A DNA stretch of 64,000 bases from a virus. Taxonomy: Duplodnaviria; Caudoviricetes. Location of the stretch: positions 40,705 through 104,704 of IMG/VR virus record IMGVR_UViG_3300031993_000033, one strand, 5' to 3'. Below, one piece after another: positions 1-10,085 of this stretch. Under the pieces are notes generated by a model. The model did not search any database. It was not told the origin of the DNA and was given only the letters and a program-made list of their open reading frames with translations. The position numbers and the translations under genes were made by a program. Position 1 is the stretch's first letter. Each line of letters starts with the position of its first letter.

Positions 1-120
1 TGAAAATATTAGTTGATATCCGCTAAAAGATAACGGTTTTCTAAAGGGTTTTCCGCAAAAAAGCCCTATTCCACATAGGCAAAAAAACAAATCAAATTAA
101 TATTTTAAGGAGGCATTATT

Positions 121-795
121 ATGATGTACACTAATATTTTAAAGTCTTTACAGGCTGAAAACACAAACCGCATAAACAACGCTATAAAGGCTATAAATGA
201 TAATAATATAGCTTTACAGCGTTACGCAACACAGGCAAGATGGAGCGCATACTTCAATCAGAATTTAAGCCGTGAAAAGTGTGTGGAATACACCACAAAC
301 CGCATAAAAAAGGAAGCTGAAAAGAGCTTAAAAGCTGATATAGCAAGCCTTGAAAAGTACGAAAACGCACCTACAATTGAAGCTATTCAGATTAATATTG
401 ATTGGAAGCGTTCAAGTGTATGGGGATATAATCCACACGTTACACTCCGCATATGGTATGAAGGTATATTTGACATTGAAGAATATACAGCAAAAGCAAG
501 CGGCTGTAATTACGACAAAAGATCACACGCTGTAGCAAGCGCACTGAATCAGTGTGCAGCTATAAAGGCTTTACTTTGTAACATGAAGGAAAAAGAAATT
601 GAAAACGGCACGGAAATAAAAAAGACTGTAAGCGGGCTTGACATAAATCCGCATTCTTCAGGCTATGGAGCTATACCCTTTGTTGATGGTTGCGGAATGT
701 CAGCAATTGAAAATTTACTGGACAAATGCGGCTTTAAACTTACAAAAGAGCACGGCACAAAAACGACTGATTATTATTGGTTTGACCGCAAATAA
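121..795 (+). CDS. hypothetical early phage protein
   Basis: 224-aa ORF with AAGGAGG RBS; stop codon overlaps a palindromic boundary site (792-809). Confidence 0.75.
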   Translation: MMYTNILKSLQAENTNRINNAIKAINDNNIALQRYATQARWSAYFNQNLSREKCVEYTTNRIKKEAEKSLKADIASLEKYENAPTIEAIQINIDWKRSSVWGYNPHVTLRIWYEGIFDIEEYTAKASGCNYDKRSHAVASALNQCAAIKALLCNMKEKEIENGTEIKKTVSGLDINPHSSGYGAIPFVDGCGMSAIENLLDKCGFKLTKEHGTKTTDYYWFDRK

Positions 796-902
796 AATTC
801 AAATTTCAATGCAGAGTGACGCGGGATTTTTCCCGCGGTAATGCAGCCGGAGGCGGTCACAAGCCCGCTGAATCTGTAAATATATCTTTTGGAGGTCATA
901 CT

Positions 903-1301
903 ATGAAAAAGTGTAAAATCAGATTGACGGACAACAGCAAAAAGTTAATTTCTATGCTGGAAATTGATGATGTAAAAGCTATGATTCAGGAATTGCAGAA
1001 TCAGGAGCTTGAAACAGATATTTTCAATCTCATTCCCGTTGCTATGGGATGTATTAAAAATTCAACATGGAGCTATTATGACGTAACAATGGAAATATGT
1101 AGAAATGCAAGAGTACCATATAATTACTACACGGAAAATAGTGCATACTATGATGTATGGGTAAATTTCAAGGCATTCAATGATTTTGACGGTTTTTATG
1201 TTGTTGGTATTTGCTTATCGGATATTTACAGCATATCAGAGGACAACAAACAGGAAATAAGACAGCATATGTATGTAAGAGAATACACGGAAAATAAATG
1301 A
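903..1301 (+). CDS. hypothetical protein
   Basis: ORF track starts at 816, but GGAGGT RBS precedes ATG at 903. Confidence 0.7.
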   Translation: MKKCKIRLTDNSKKLISMLEIDDVKAMIQELQNQELETDIFNLIPVAMGCIKNSTWSYYDVTMEICRNARVPYNYYTENSAYYDVWVNFKAFNDFDGFYVVGICLSDIYSISEDNKQEIRQHMYVREYTENK

Positions 1302-1669
1302 AATGGAGGTTTAAAGCTATGGCAAGACAGAAAATTACTATGGAAAAGCAAGTGAGAAATACGGTTATATATAACGATATTCTCAAGGCTATAGGTGGAA
1401 AAGCTAATGATACAATATCCATATACATTGACAGGAAATTTTACGCACATTATTCACGCTATTTAGGGAATGATGTATTTGACGATATTGCAGCACATAG
1501 CAACAAATCAGTTGATTTGATTGACGATCAGACAGGGGAAATTTTACGGCATAAAGCATAATAAAATCAAAGTTTTAACATTTAGGCGGCTATTTGAATA
1601 CGGAAATTTGAATAGCTGTCTATGTGCTAAAACACATAAATCTATTGGAAATTTAAAGGAGGCTATACT

Positions 1670-2014
1670 ATGAAATATCATAAGATACCAAAAATTGAAA
1701 AGTCGGTATGTACCGCGGAGCAGAAAATTGCATATAACTATGCATCCACATATGCGGATAGATACCGCGATACATGGAAAAAGACAGCGGATCAGTATTG
1801 TGAATTTCAGAAGTCAGAATTTATACATGAAGCTGTTGAATGGTGTATGAAGCTGATGCGGAATAATGCGGAAATTCAGCGGAAATATGACATTGACGCT
1901 ATATTTTGCGCGCTTAATGCTGGAATGCGGAATTACTTTGAAGCTAAATATAGTATACTGTCAAGCTATGAAGAAATAGGAAAAATGTTTCCTGCTAACT
2001 ATTTAAATGTATAA
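1670..2014 (+). CDS. hypothetical protein
   Basis: 114 aa, AAGGAGG RBS. Confidence 0.7.
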   Translation: MKYHKIPKIEKSVCTAEQKIAYNYASTYADRYRDTWKKTADQYCEFQKSEFIHEAVEWCMKLMRNNAEIQRKYDIDAIFCALNAGMRNYFEAKYSILSSYEEIGKMFPANYLNV

Positions 2015-2405
2015 AGGAGGTTTAATTATGAATAGACGTGAAATGTTAAACTGGATTAAATCAGAAATTTGTCCTAAACTTGACTTGAGTCAAGAGCTTG
2101 ACATAAAATGTATACTTGACGTTGTGGGAAAATTCCGCATAAATCAGCACTACAAAACAGATACACCAATGACCGCAGCCGTTAATGAATATGGTCATTT
2201 GTTTATCAATGGTATTCACGCCGGACAGATCACAAATAAAATACCTTTTGGAAATTTTGACGAGGAAGGTTATTTCTACGAAGGAAAAATATTAGCAAGA
2301 TCAGAAGTCGAATAAACCTATATACTATGGGCTTGACGGAAATTCAAGCCTATAAATATAAGCTTATTTACCACATAAAACACATATTCTAAAGGAGGAA
2401 AAATT

Positions 2406-2858
2406 ATGAAAACAATGTCAATCTTTTTGGCAATAGCTTTAACGTCAAGTCCTATGCCAGCGGAAAATTATTATTCCTCTACTTCTCCTGAAGTAGCAAC
2501 TGAGATTATAGAGCTTGTTATTAATGGAGAATATAGGGAATATTTAGACTTTAATGGTGACGGAAATTTAAACATTGCCGACGTTGTAGGCGTAAGCAAG
2601 CGTTATTCTGATAACTGTAAATACGGCAATGAGATAACATTAACAAGTGATACAGTGTACGATATTGCAACGGAAAATTATAGCGATGAGCTTATTTACT
2701 GGGAGATTGACCGCGTAAACGGAAATTTAACAAGACAGTACGAGCTTGTAGCAAGTGAGATTATGACAGCGGAAATTTACATGGAATTTGAAAACTATTC
2801 AGAATGTATTACTGTTGAAGTCAATCCCTTTACGGAGACAATAACAGTAATTGATTAA
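2406..2858 (+). CDS. secreted protein with dockerin-like Ca-binding loop
   Basis: N-terminal signal-like segment MKTMSIFLAIAL; motif DFNGDGNLNIADVV matches one dockerin repeat. Confidence 0.6.
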   Translation: MKTMSIFLAIALTSSPMPAENYYSSTSPEVATEIIELVINGEYREYLDFNGDGNLNIADVVGVSKRYSDNCKYGNEITLTSDTVYDIATENYSDELIYWEIDRVNGNLTRQYELVASEIMTAEIYMEFENYSECITVEVNPFTETITVID

Positions 2859-3036
2859 GGAGGCGTGATTATGTATTGCACATTTAATGGAAAAATCTGC
2901 TTAATGATGTGGGATATACAAGCGGAAAAATACGTTTATATTCCTGAGTCAGTGTGGTATAGCTTTACAGAAAAAGCAAGATCACGCTATACAGAAGAAC
3001 GCACAAATTAAATGATTATAATATATCGGAAAGTTG

Positions 3037-3065
3037 TTGACAAAGTAACAAATGTGTGGTATACT
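3037..3065 (+). promoter_or_regulatory. sigma-A type promoter
   Basis: TTGACA-17 bp-TATACT with extended TG. Confidence 0.8.
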
Positions 3066-3147
3066 ATAATCACAGGGAAAATCCCTGAATAGTTATACCC
3101 TAACAAGTAAACAAATGAAAAGTGTATTTTAACAGGAGGTCACGATT

Positions 3148-3633
3148 ATGAAAAGAACGTTTAATTTTGGAAAAATAGCCGCTTATGGTACAAGAAAAAT
3201 CAATGCTGTTGATATTACCATTGAATTAACGGAAAAAGATGGTAAAAAGGTATTTTCAGCAAGCGGAAATGTATGGAATGCAAGGCATACAGATATTATT
3301 AGAGGCGGTCAGTGTTTAGATTATATAGCAACAACAGCAAAAGGGCATAATCCTACATTTAAAAAAATATATAGACTTTGGAAAAATTACCACTTAAATG
3401 ATATGCACGCAGGTACAAGAGAACAGGAAAATGCACTTAATGAGGCTGTAAAAGCTGGAAAAATTCAGAGCCGATCAGCAAATAACTATACCGAGTGTTG
3501 TGAATATCTAAAATCAATTGGATTATATGAAGTTGAGTTTAACGGAAAAATGTATAAATATGGTCATGGTTGGCTGTATTGGGAAATTCCTACAGAGGAT
3601 ATAGCAGCCATTGAAGCGTTAATAAAAGAGTGA
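3148..3633 (+). CDS. hypothetical early protein
   Basis: 161 aa, AGGAGGT RBS, downstream of promoter and boundary site 3115-3132. Confidence 0.75.
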   Translation: MKRTFNFGKIAAYGTRKINAVDITIELTEKDGKKVFSASGNVWNARHTDIIRGGQCLDYIATTAKGHNPTFKKIYRLWKNYHLNDMHAGTREQENALNEAVKAGKIQSRSANNYTECCEYLKSIGLYEVEFNGKMYKYGHGWLYWEIPTEDIAAIEALIKE

Positions 3634-3729
3634 TTCTATCATACGGAAAAAGCTTGACGGGTAGCTTACAATACCCGTCACCATAGACAATAAACCATAA
3701 ACCAACGGAAAATTAAGGAGGTCAAAACT

Positions 3730-5656
3730 ATGAATGAACAGGCTATTATTGACAAGGTAAACAAGATCGTTTCGGAAATTCGCAAAGAATATACCGAGTA
3801 CAAAGGACAGTATTATTTACTTACTCATGTTATCAATCTTGAATTTCTTATGGGCAAATACTTTGCACTCATGGAAATTTTACTGAATAACATCGGAGAA
3901 AATCCGCTGAATCCTTTTGACAATGCGTATTGCACAGAGTACGAAAAGAATAAGGCTTTTATTGAAGCCGTTACAACACATATTGACGGTATGTATAAGA
4001 AGCTGAAGGAGGTTTAATTATGGCAAATCAGATATTTGCAACACTTGACAAGTCGGAAAAATGGCTGGATAAACAGCGTGAAATTGACGGATATTCAGTT
4101 GACGGATTTACAGTTATTCCTTGCTTTAGAGGAAAATCAGTTGAGATCACATTCTTTAGGTTTGTAAAGCCTTTAGGATATGAGAACAAATGCAGCTATG
4201 AGATACCGACGGAAATTCGATCACAGTGCTATATGAAAATCATTAGCAAGTTAAAGAGATGCAGTTTTGTTGACGGAAAAGTTATCATATCAATAAGCGG
4301 TCAGAAATACTGCATAGGAACGTACACAACGGAAATTTAAGGAGGAAGGAAAAATGAAATACTATGAAATTGAATTTGCTCATAGAGCAGAAATTGAGGA
4401 TGAGAGCTTTATCGGTACACCCGATAGATATAGTATCTGTATCTTAGCGGAAAGAGAGCCTTCATATGAAGAAGCGGAAATTTTCTGCAAAGAGGATATG
4501 AACAATTTAGGTTATGACATGGTAAGTGATGTGTTGGAAATTAGCAAGGAAGAAGCCTACAATTTCTTTGATATGGAAAATGCAGACAACTTTCCGATAT
4601 TCAAGTAAATAAAATGACTGTTTAAACGTGAGCCGAAGCGGTCAGAAATGACCGTTTCCACATACGCTTAAACGGAAAATCAAAACAGCCGAAAGGCAAG
4701 GAGGTCAATATGTTAGTATTCAATTTCAATCATACGGAAAAGCAGCTTGAATTAGCTTGCAATGAGTTTTCGGAAATTCAGCTTGTAGCGGACAATGAAG
4801 TATGCAAGGGCTGGGATATGCGACTCGGACACAGTGAGTTGAATATCACAAAGTATGGAGACTTCTACCGTGTAGGTGACTGCTACAATGGAAAAATCCT
4901 GAGATCATTCAAGTGTAGTTTTGACGGAAATATGATAACAATTTATTCCGCTAATGACAACGGCAGAGAGCTTAAAGCGGAAAAATATTTAAAGAAATAT
5001 GCACAGTGTGCAATGAGAGTATTTGCTCTTGTACAGTGTGGAAAAATTAATTGAGGAGGTTTAATCATGTACGAATGCAATATCACTATAAAGCAGCCAA
5101 CAGGGAAAGTCTCACAGAATAGAATAATGTCAAGGTTTGAGACAACACCTGAAATGATAGCGAGATCGGAAATGTGCTGGTATAGCACAGGAACAATAAT
5201 TGAAGTCAATGGAAAAGCCTTTAGGAAAATTCATGTTGATGATGCCGTTAAAGGCTATGCAGAGTTAGAGGAGGTTTAATTATGGGATATGAGAGCAGAA
5301 TAATTGTAGCAAAAAGGACTGTGTGGGAAGGATCAGGTCTTGTATGGTTTGAGAAGCTATCGGAAATGTGGTTAAGCAAAGTCGGTTATAACTTCCCTGA
5401 AATCTTCACTACGGAAATTGAATCCAATATCTATGGTGACGGTTTCAAGGAAAATTCAGAAGAAGAATATGAGCTGACCGAGGACAGATACGGAGACATC
5501 TGCAAGTACACAGACATACAGACGGTCATTGACTGGCTGGAAAATGCAGAAGCAAAAAAGCATTACAGAAGGTTTACTCCTGCTATTGCAATGCTAAAGG
5601 CATATGCAGCGGAGAAATGGGAAGGCGATATAGTGGTGATCCACTATGGATATTAA
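3730..5656 (+). CDS. run of six small hypothetical ORFs (3730-4017, 4020-4340, 4354-4608, 4710-5054, 5067-5279, 5282-5656)
   Basis: closely packed, each with a GGAGG-type RBS; no recognisable domain. Confidence 0.65.
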
Positions 5657-5662
5657 GGAGGT

Positions 5663-5854
5663 TTGATTATGAACTTAGACGAAGCTATCAAATTAGTATT
5701 AAAAGGTAAAGCTATTAGAGCTAAAGAATGGGAAGAAGGTATGTACTTTAAGATTCGATGGCGTATGTTTGAGACTGAGGGCAGCGTAAGAAGTAAACTT
5801 TGGAAATGGAAGGATTCAGAGTTTGAAGAAGTGCTGTTTGATTATACCGAATAA
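5663..5854 (+). CDS. small protein with DUF2829/Tad2-like N-terminus
   Basis: MNLDEAIKLVLKGKAIRAKEW resembles the DUF2829 N-terminal motif; the protein is short. Confidence 0.35.
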   Translation: MIMNLDEAIKLVLKGKAIRAKEWEEGMYFKIRWRMFETEGSVRSKLWKWKDSEFEEVLFDYTE

Positions 5855-5889
5855 AATAACACTTTCATTTAGCAGAGAGGAGTTTTAAT

Positions 5890-6204
5890 ATGCCTTACAA
5901 ATCGGAAAAACAAAAGCTTCCGCCTGAATTAGATCGCAGACGTAAGTTGAATGATGCACAGAAAGACGAGATAAAACATAAATACAGCACTGGACTTTAC
6001 AGTCTTAACAGACTTGCTAAAGAGTATAATGTAAGTAAGAAAACAGTATTGCTTATTGTCAATCCTGAAAGCAAACGGAAAAATGATGAACGTATTAAAG
6101 AACATTGGCGTGATTATGTGCCTACAAAAGAAGAACATAATGCCATTATGAGAGAACACAGGGCATACAAACATAGAGTTTTAAAGGAGAAAAATTATGT
6201 ATAA
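5890..6204 (+). CDS. HTH DNA-binding protein
   Basis: SLNRLAKEYNVSKKTV helix-turn-helix pattern. Confidence 0.6.
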   Translation: MPYKSEKQKLPPELDRRRKLNDAQKDEIKHKYSTGLYSLNRLAKEYNVSKKTVLLIVNPESKRKNDERIKEHWRDYVPTKEEHNAIMREHRAYKHRVLKEKNYV

Positions 6205-6348
6205 AGCAACAATAACTTATATGACAGGCAGAATGAGAGGTATGACGGTATATCGTCTAACTTCTGATAAATTTGAACGTGGAATGATGTATAACGATTC
6301 GCTTACAAACAATCGGTTTTATGTTGATTACGTTACAAAGATAGGAGA

Positions 6349-7134
6349 ATGATTATTATGACAAAGGAAAAATATCTTACACTTATAAACAAGGCTATTG
6401 AAAATCTGAAAGATAATGATGACAACTACGGACAGACACCGATAGACTTCATGAGGAAAAACGGAGTTAAGTCTACAGATAATATGACAATATTCCTTGA
6501 CAGTGTAGGAGCTTACCTTGAGGAAATCAGGTGCGGACTTCTCGCAGACATGGAAGCAGAAGAAGCAAAGAAGAACGGAAAATCAAGCGTGTTATCTACT
6601 ATCAAGAAGTTATGCAACGACAATTACAAGACACAACAAAGTGTAAGACCACAACTTGCATATGCGAATTATGACGAAGCGGAAAAGAAGTATATTACGG
6701 TTAGCGGTTATTGGCTCATTATGTCGGAAAATCCTGCTGGTATGGTGGAGATGCCTGAGAACGTCAAGAAGGATATAAAAGAACCTTTAAAGTATAGACA
6801 GTGGATTCCTAACAAGTATGAGATGCACAAAGTTGAACTGCCGACACGGGCAAAGATCAGCACTTACTTGAAGGCTCGTAAAGCCACAAGGAATAAGCAC
6901 GACAAAACATGGGACAGGCTTGTATTTGAGGACTTTGCCGTTAAGGGAGAATGGCTCGAAGCAGCTATGAAGATAACAGGCTCATCGGAAATTTATGTCA
7001 AGGACAGTATTCACGCTCTGCTTATGGAAGGCAATGGCTACACTATGGTGCTTATGCCCATAAAGAATAAAGAGACAGACAAGAATACTGGCGAGGAAAA
7101 GCATATGCCGATTACAAATTTTGAGGTGGTATAA
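6349..7134 (+). CDS. hypothetical protein
   Basis: 261-aa ORF with AGGAG RBS. Confidence 0.7.
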   Translation: MIIMTKEKYLTLINKAIENLKDNDDNYGQTPIDFMRKNGVKSTDNMTIFLDSVGAYLEEIRCGLLADMEAEEAKKNGKSSVLSTIKKLCNDNYKTQQSVRPQLAYANYDEAEKKYITVSGYWLIMSENPAGMVEMPENVKKDIKEPLKYRQWIPNKYEMHKVELPTRAKISTYLKARKATRNKHDKTWDRLVFEDFAVKGEWLEAAMKITGSSEIYVKDSIHALLMEGNGYTMVLMPIKNKETDKNTGEEKHMPITNFEVV

Positions 7135-7848
7135 TATGAACACTCTTACACTTGCAATTGCACTATCGGAAAAATTATACAAGTCACATATTAAAGTGCT
7201 TAAATACTTTTTGGAAAATCCAATCTTTGAAGGCTCGTACAGAGAGCTTTCAAGTATGCTATACGGCAAACCTAATCTGCAAAGCAACGCTCGGAAATTC
7301 GTCAATGAGCTTGCGGATATGGGAGTGCTTATGGTGGAAATTAATAATGACTGCCCATCAAGAGATCAGAACAGGACGTATATACAGTTAAATCCGAATT
7401 GGTTACAGGCTTTATGAGGAGGGATGATTATGTCTACACCGGAAACTATAGAAGAAATGAGGCGACGCAGAGAGTATGCTGAAAAAGCAAATGAAAATCT
7501 GCGCAGGTGTAAGTGTTGTAATGTTTGTCGCAATGCAGAAACTGGCTTTAGTGACGAGGCAATTCCATATTATCAGGTGATATGCAAGATTACAGGGGAA
7601 AATCGCAAGGGACGTTCAGGATTTATGTGTCCGCATTGGAAGTGAGGAGAAGAAAATGAGAGTTATTATTGATGGAAAAACATATCGCTTAAAAGATGGC
7701 GTTAAGATACGCTTACAGGGTATTGCATTACTGACACTTGGTATGTTATGCCATAAAGTAAATGCAGACGGAGCAGCGGTATTTATGTGGCTTTTAGGTG
7801 TGACAATGCTGTTTGGAAAAATTGATAGTAAACGCTAACAATTTATTC

Positions 7849-7877
7849 TTGACAATTGGAAATTTGCGTGACATAAT
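7849..7877 (+). promoter_or_regulatory. sigma-A type promoter of the recombinase
   Basis: TTGACA-17 bp-CATAAT, extended TG. Confidence 0.65.
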
Positions 7878-7892
7878 ATTAGCATAAGGAGG

Positions 7893-8897
7893 TTGATGAC
7901 CATGTTGGGAAATTTAAAAGAAACTTGTAGAGTAATTGACATCTCACAGAGACAACAGTCGGAAAATTCTTTTGACTTTGATTTTGACAGCCTTATTCCA
8001 GACGTAGAACAACTCACTCCCGAAGAAGAACAGGCGATAGCCGAAGCCGAGTCAAAACTCAAAGAACGTCAGGGCTTTGACTGTATGCCGATTGGAATAT
8101 TGAATGAGCTTCTGAGATATTTTCTTGACAGGCGTGACTTTCGATCTGTATTCTGGATTGTCTTACAGGCAAATACTGGACTGAGATATTCCGATGTTAT
8201 CAAATATCGGCGCATTGATTTGTTGAATGAGCATAATAAATTCAGAGAGTCCATTCTTGAACAAGAACGGAAAACTGGTAAGCAGAGAGTCAACTTTATA
8301 AATGATGCTATCAAAATAGCTACACTAATGCTCATATGGGAAAATCCCAGTATAAAGCCTTTAGACTTGATGATTAGCTCTGAATACAATGATAAGGCTC
8401 ACAACAAAGGCTATGAAAAAGAAACTTATATCAACGCCAATGGCGAAGAACGTTGTTTGAGAGTGAACGGAAAATACGTTTATAAGCTCGATGAAAACGG
8501 AAACAAAATTCCGAAGGCTCTTGGTCGCAGTCGCAGTTGTACTATAATGCGCGATGCTATGGTAGAAGGACTTGGTATATGCCTTAAAAATGATGGTCGC
8601 ACTAAGAACAATGACGGAGCTTATTTGAAGCTGGCAAGTCATTCCATTAGAAAAGCATACTCCGCTGGTGTTGTAGAGCAGTTTGAAAAGATGTTTGACA
8701 GCAATGAGGCTTACGCACACGCAGCGGCAATGGAACAGTTGCAGTACGATCTTAACCATTCAAGCAGATCTATGACTTATCATTATATAGGCGATTATGC
8801 CGAGACAAAACGCAAAACAAACATGAATATGAATCTTGGTTTGGAAATTTTGAAGCCATATTTTGAGGCGGAACGAAAAAGATATTTAGAGAGGTGA
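7893..8897 (+). CDS. tyrosine recombinase (catalytic domain, no obvious arm-binding domain)
   Basis: catalytic set intact: TGLR, KTGK, HSIRK, LNHS, TYHY. Confidence 0.85.
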   Translation: MMTMLGNLKETCRVIDISQRQQSENSFDFDFDSLIPDVEQLTPEEEQAIAEAESKLKERQGFDCMPIGILNELLRYFLDRRDFRSVFWIVLQANTGLRYSDVIKYRRIDLLNEHNKFRESILEQERKTGKQRVNFINDAIKIATLMLIWENPSIKPLDLMISSEYNDKAHNKGYEKETYINANGEERCLRVNGKYVYKLDENGNKIPKALGRSRSCTIMRDAMVEGLGICLKNDGRTKNNDGAYLKLASHSIRKAYSAGVVEQFEKMFDSNEAYAHAAAMEQLQYDLNHSSRSMTYHYIGDYAETKRKTNMNMNLGLEILKPYFEAERKRYLER

Positions 8898-8901
8898 GAA
8901 T

Positions 8902-9411
8902 ATGGGAACTACATCATATAAAAAGGCTCATATGAGCGAAGCGATAACAATTCCGGTATCGGAAATTCAGCTTACAGAAGCGGTGCATATTGCCGGAAAT
9001 CCACACTACACCTGTGTTGGAAAATCCAGCGAGGACTGTTGCGTGATTGTACGCAGAAAGCGCGGCGGCTATGCGCTTGTGAGTGGCTGGGCTGACTATC
9101 GGGAGTGTATTATGCAAGGCTATGGTGCTGTAAAGGCTATCGTGATGAATACGAAACGTGGAAATTTCATGAGGCAGTATGGCGACACATATCTGCCCCT
9201 ATCGGAAATTTATGTGCCGGAGCATTTTGCGAAGTCTACTCCTCGTGATTGGAAAATCCAAAGAGTAAAACACAGACTCGGAGATAAGAAGAAACTGGAT
9301 AAGCCGATAACTATTAATCAGGAACGCTATATCGTAGACGGTTACACACGGTATCTTGTTGCAAGGGAAATCGGTATGCGGTATGTGCCTGTAAGGCGGA
9401 TAAATGATTAA
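8902..9411 (+). CDS. protein with tandem ParB/Srx-like N-terminal domains
   Basis: KPITINQERYIVDGYTRYLVA motif plus a degenerate copy (YALVSGWADY). Confidence 0.6.
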   Translation: MGTTSYKKAHMSEAITIPVSEIQLTEAVHIAGNPHYTCVGKSSEDCCVIVRRKRGGYALVSGWADYRECIMQGYGAVKAIVMNTKRGNFMRQYGDTYLPLSEIYVPEHFAKSTPRDWKIQRVKHRLGDKKKLDKPITINQERYIVDGYTRYLVAREIGMRYVPVRRIND

Positions 9412-9436
9412 AAGATAAAAATATATCGGAAAAGTA

Positions 9437-9465
9437 TTGACAATTGCAATAGGAAGCAGTATAAT
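9437..9465 (+). promoter_or_regulatory. sigma-A promoter of the tRNA cluster
   Basis: TTGACA-17 bp-TATAAT. Confidence 0.85.
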
Positions 9466-9507
9466 AGATAACAGAGGGGAACGGAAAATTCCCTCTGGAA
9501 GAAATAT

Positions 9508-9582
9508 TGGGGATTCGCCAAGTGGTGAAGGCACAGGACTTTGACTCCTGCATCGTGGTTTCGAGTACCACATCCCCAACCA
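9508..9582 (+). tRNA. tRNA-Gln(TTG)
   Basis: acceptor TGGGGAT/ATCCCCA, anticodon arm CAGGA-CTTTGAC-TCCTG, TTCGA T-loop, encoded CCA. Confidence 0.9.
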
Positions 9583-9647
9583 ACGGTTTCATTTCATTTG
9601 TATGTCCTTTCAAGCCCTGTGGCGAGGCTCTAAACCGCCACAAATAT

Positions 9648-9747
9648 GGGAGCAAACCCGATTGATAAGCAGGCGCAATGCTGCTTTTGTTCCACACTTC
9701 GCTTTTAATCATCGTAAGGGTGGTAGCCAGTCCACCCTCTCCCACCA
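9648..9747 (+). ncRNA. tRNA-like RNA ending in ACCA
   Basis: GGGAG...CTCCC-A-CCA; same AATAT leader as the flanking tRNAs; AGGGTGG/CCACCCT hairpin; not a canonical cloverleaf. Confidence 0.4.
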
Positions 9748-9810
9748 AAATCTACGCTATACCTTGTGTATAGTTGACCTCCTAACGCCCGTCATCGTGG
9801 CGGGCAATAT

Positions 9811-9896
9811 GGACTTGTGGCGAAATTGGTAAACGCACTTGGTTCAAACCCAAGCGGTCTTAGACCTTGCAGATTCGAGTTCTGTCAAGTCCACCA
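9811..9896 (+). tRNA. tRNA-Leu(CAA)
   Basis: acceptor GGACTTG/CAAGTCC, anticodon arm CTTGG-TTCAAAC-CCAAG, long variable arm, CCA. Confidence 0.9.
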
Positions 9897-9898
9897 TA

Positions 9899-9984
9899 GG
9901 CAAGGGAGATAAAGTAGGTAAGTATCTATGGGTTTAAGCGTAGCACCTATGGAGATCGGTTCAAATCCGGTATCAACCTTGCCG
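9899..9984 (+). ncRNA. atypical tRNA-like RNA or tRNA pseudogene
   Basis: GGCAAGG/CCTTGCC stem, T-arm ATCGG-TTCAAAT-CCGGT, 11-nt loop in the anticodon-like arm, no CCA. Confidence 0.45.
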
Positions 9985-9989
9985 TTATA

Positions 9990-10085
9990 ATCAAGATATT
10001 GTGTTTTAAAGGCTAAAAATGCGGATAAAGCACAATATCTTGTGTTTTACGGTCTGAAAATGTGTGTAAGATACAAGATATTGTA
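9990..10085. promoter_or_regulatory. three NrdR-box-like palindromes spaced 41 bp
   Basis: ATCAAGATATTGTG (9990), CACAATATCTTGTG (10031), TACAAGATATTGTA (10072). Confidence 0.55.

Noticed and set aside
7893-8897. Prophage boundary/attP next to the recombinase
   Set aside because: Phage-like genes continue on both sides; no host genes or att duplication are visible
9199-9832. ORFs overlapping the tRNA cluster
   Set aside because: They overlap the promoter and tRNAs and have no RBS or protein-like features
9899-9984. tRNA-Sec or suppressor tRNA
   Set aside because: No 7-nt loop with a TCA/CTA/TTA anticodon; ORFs use all three stop codons normally
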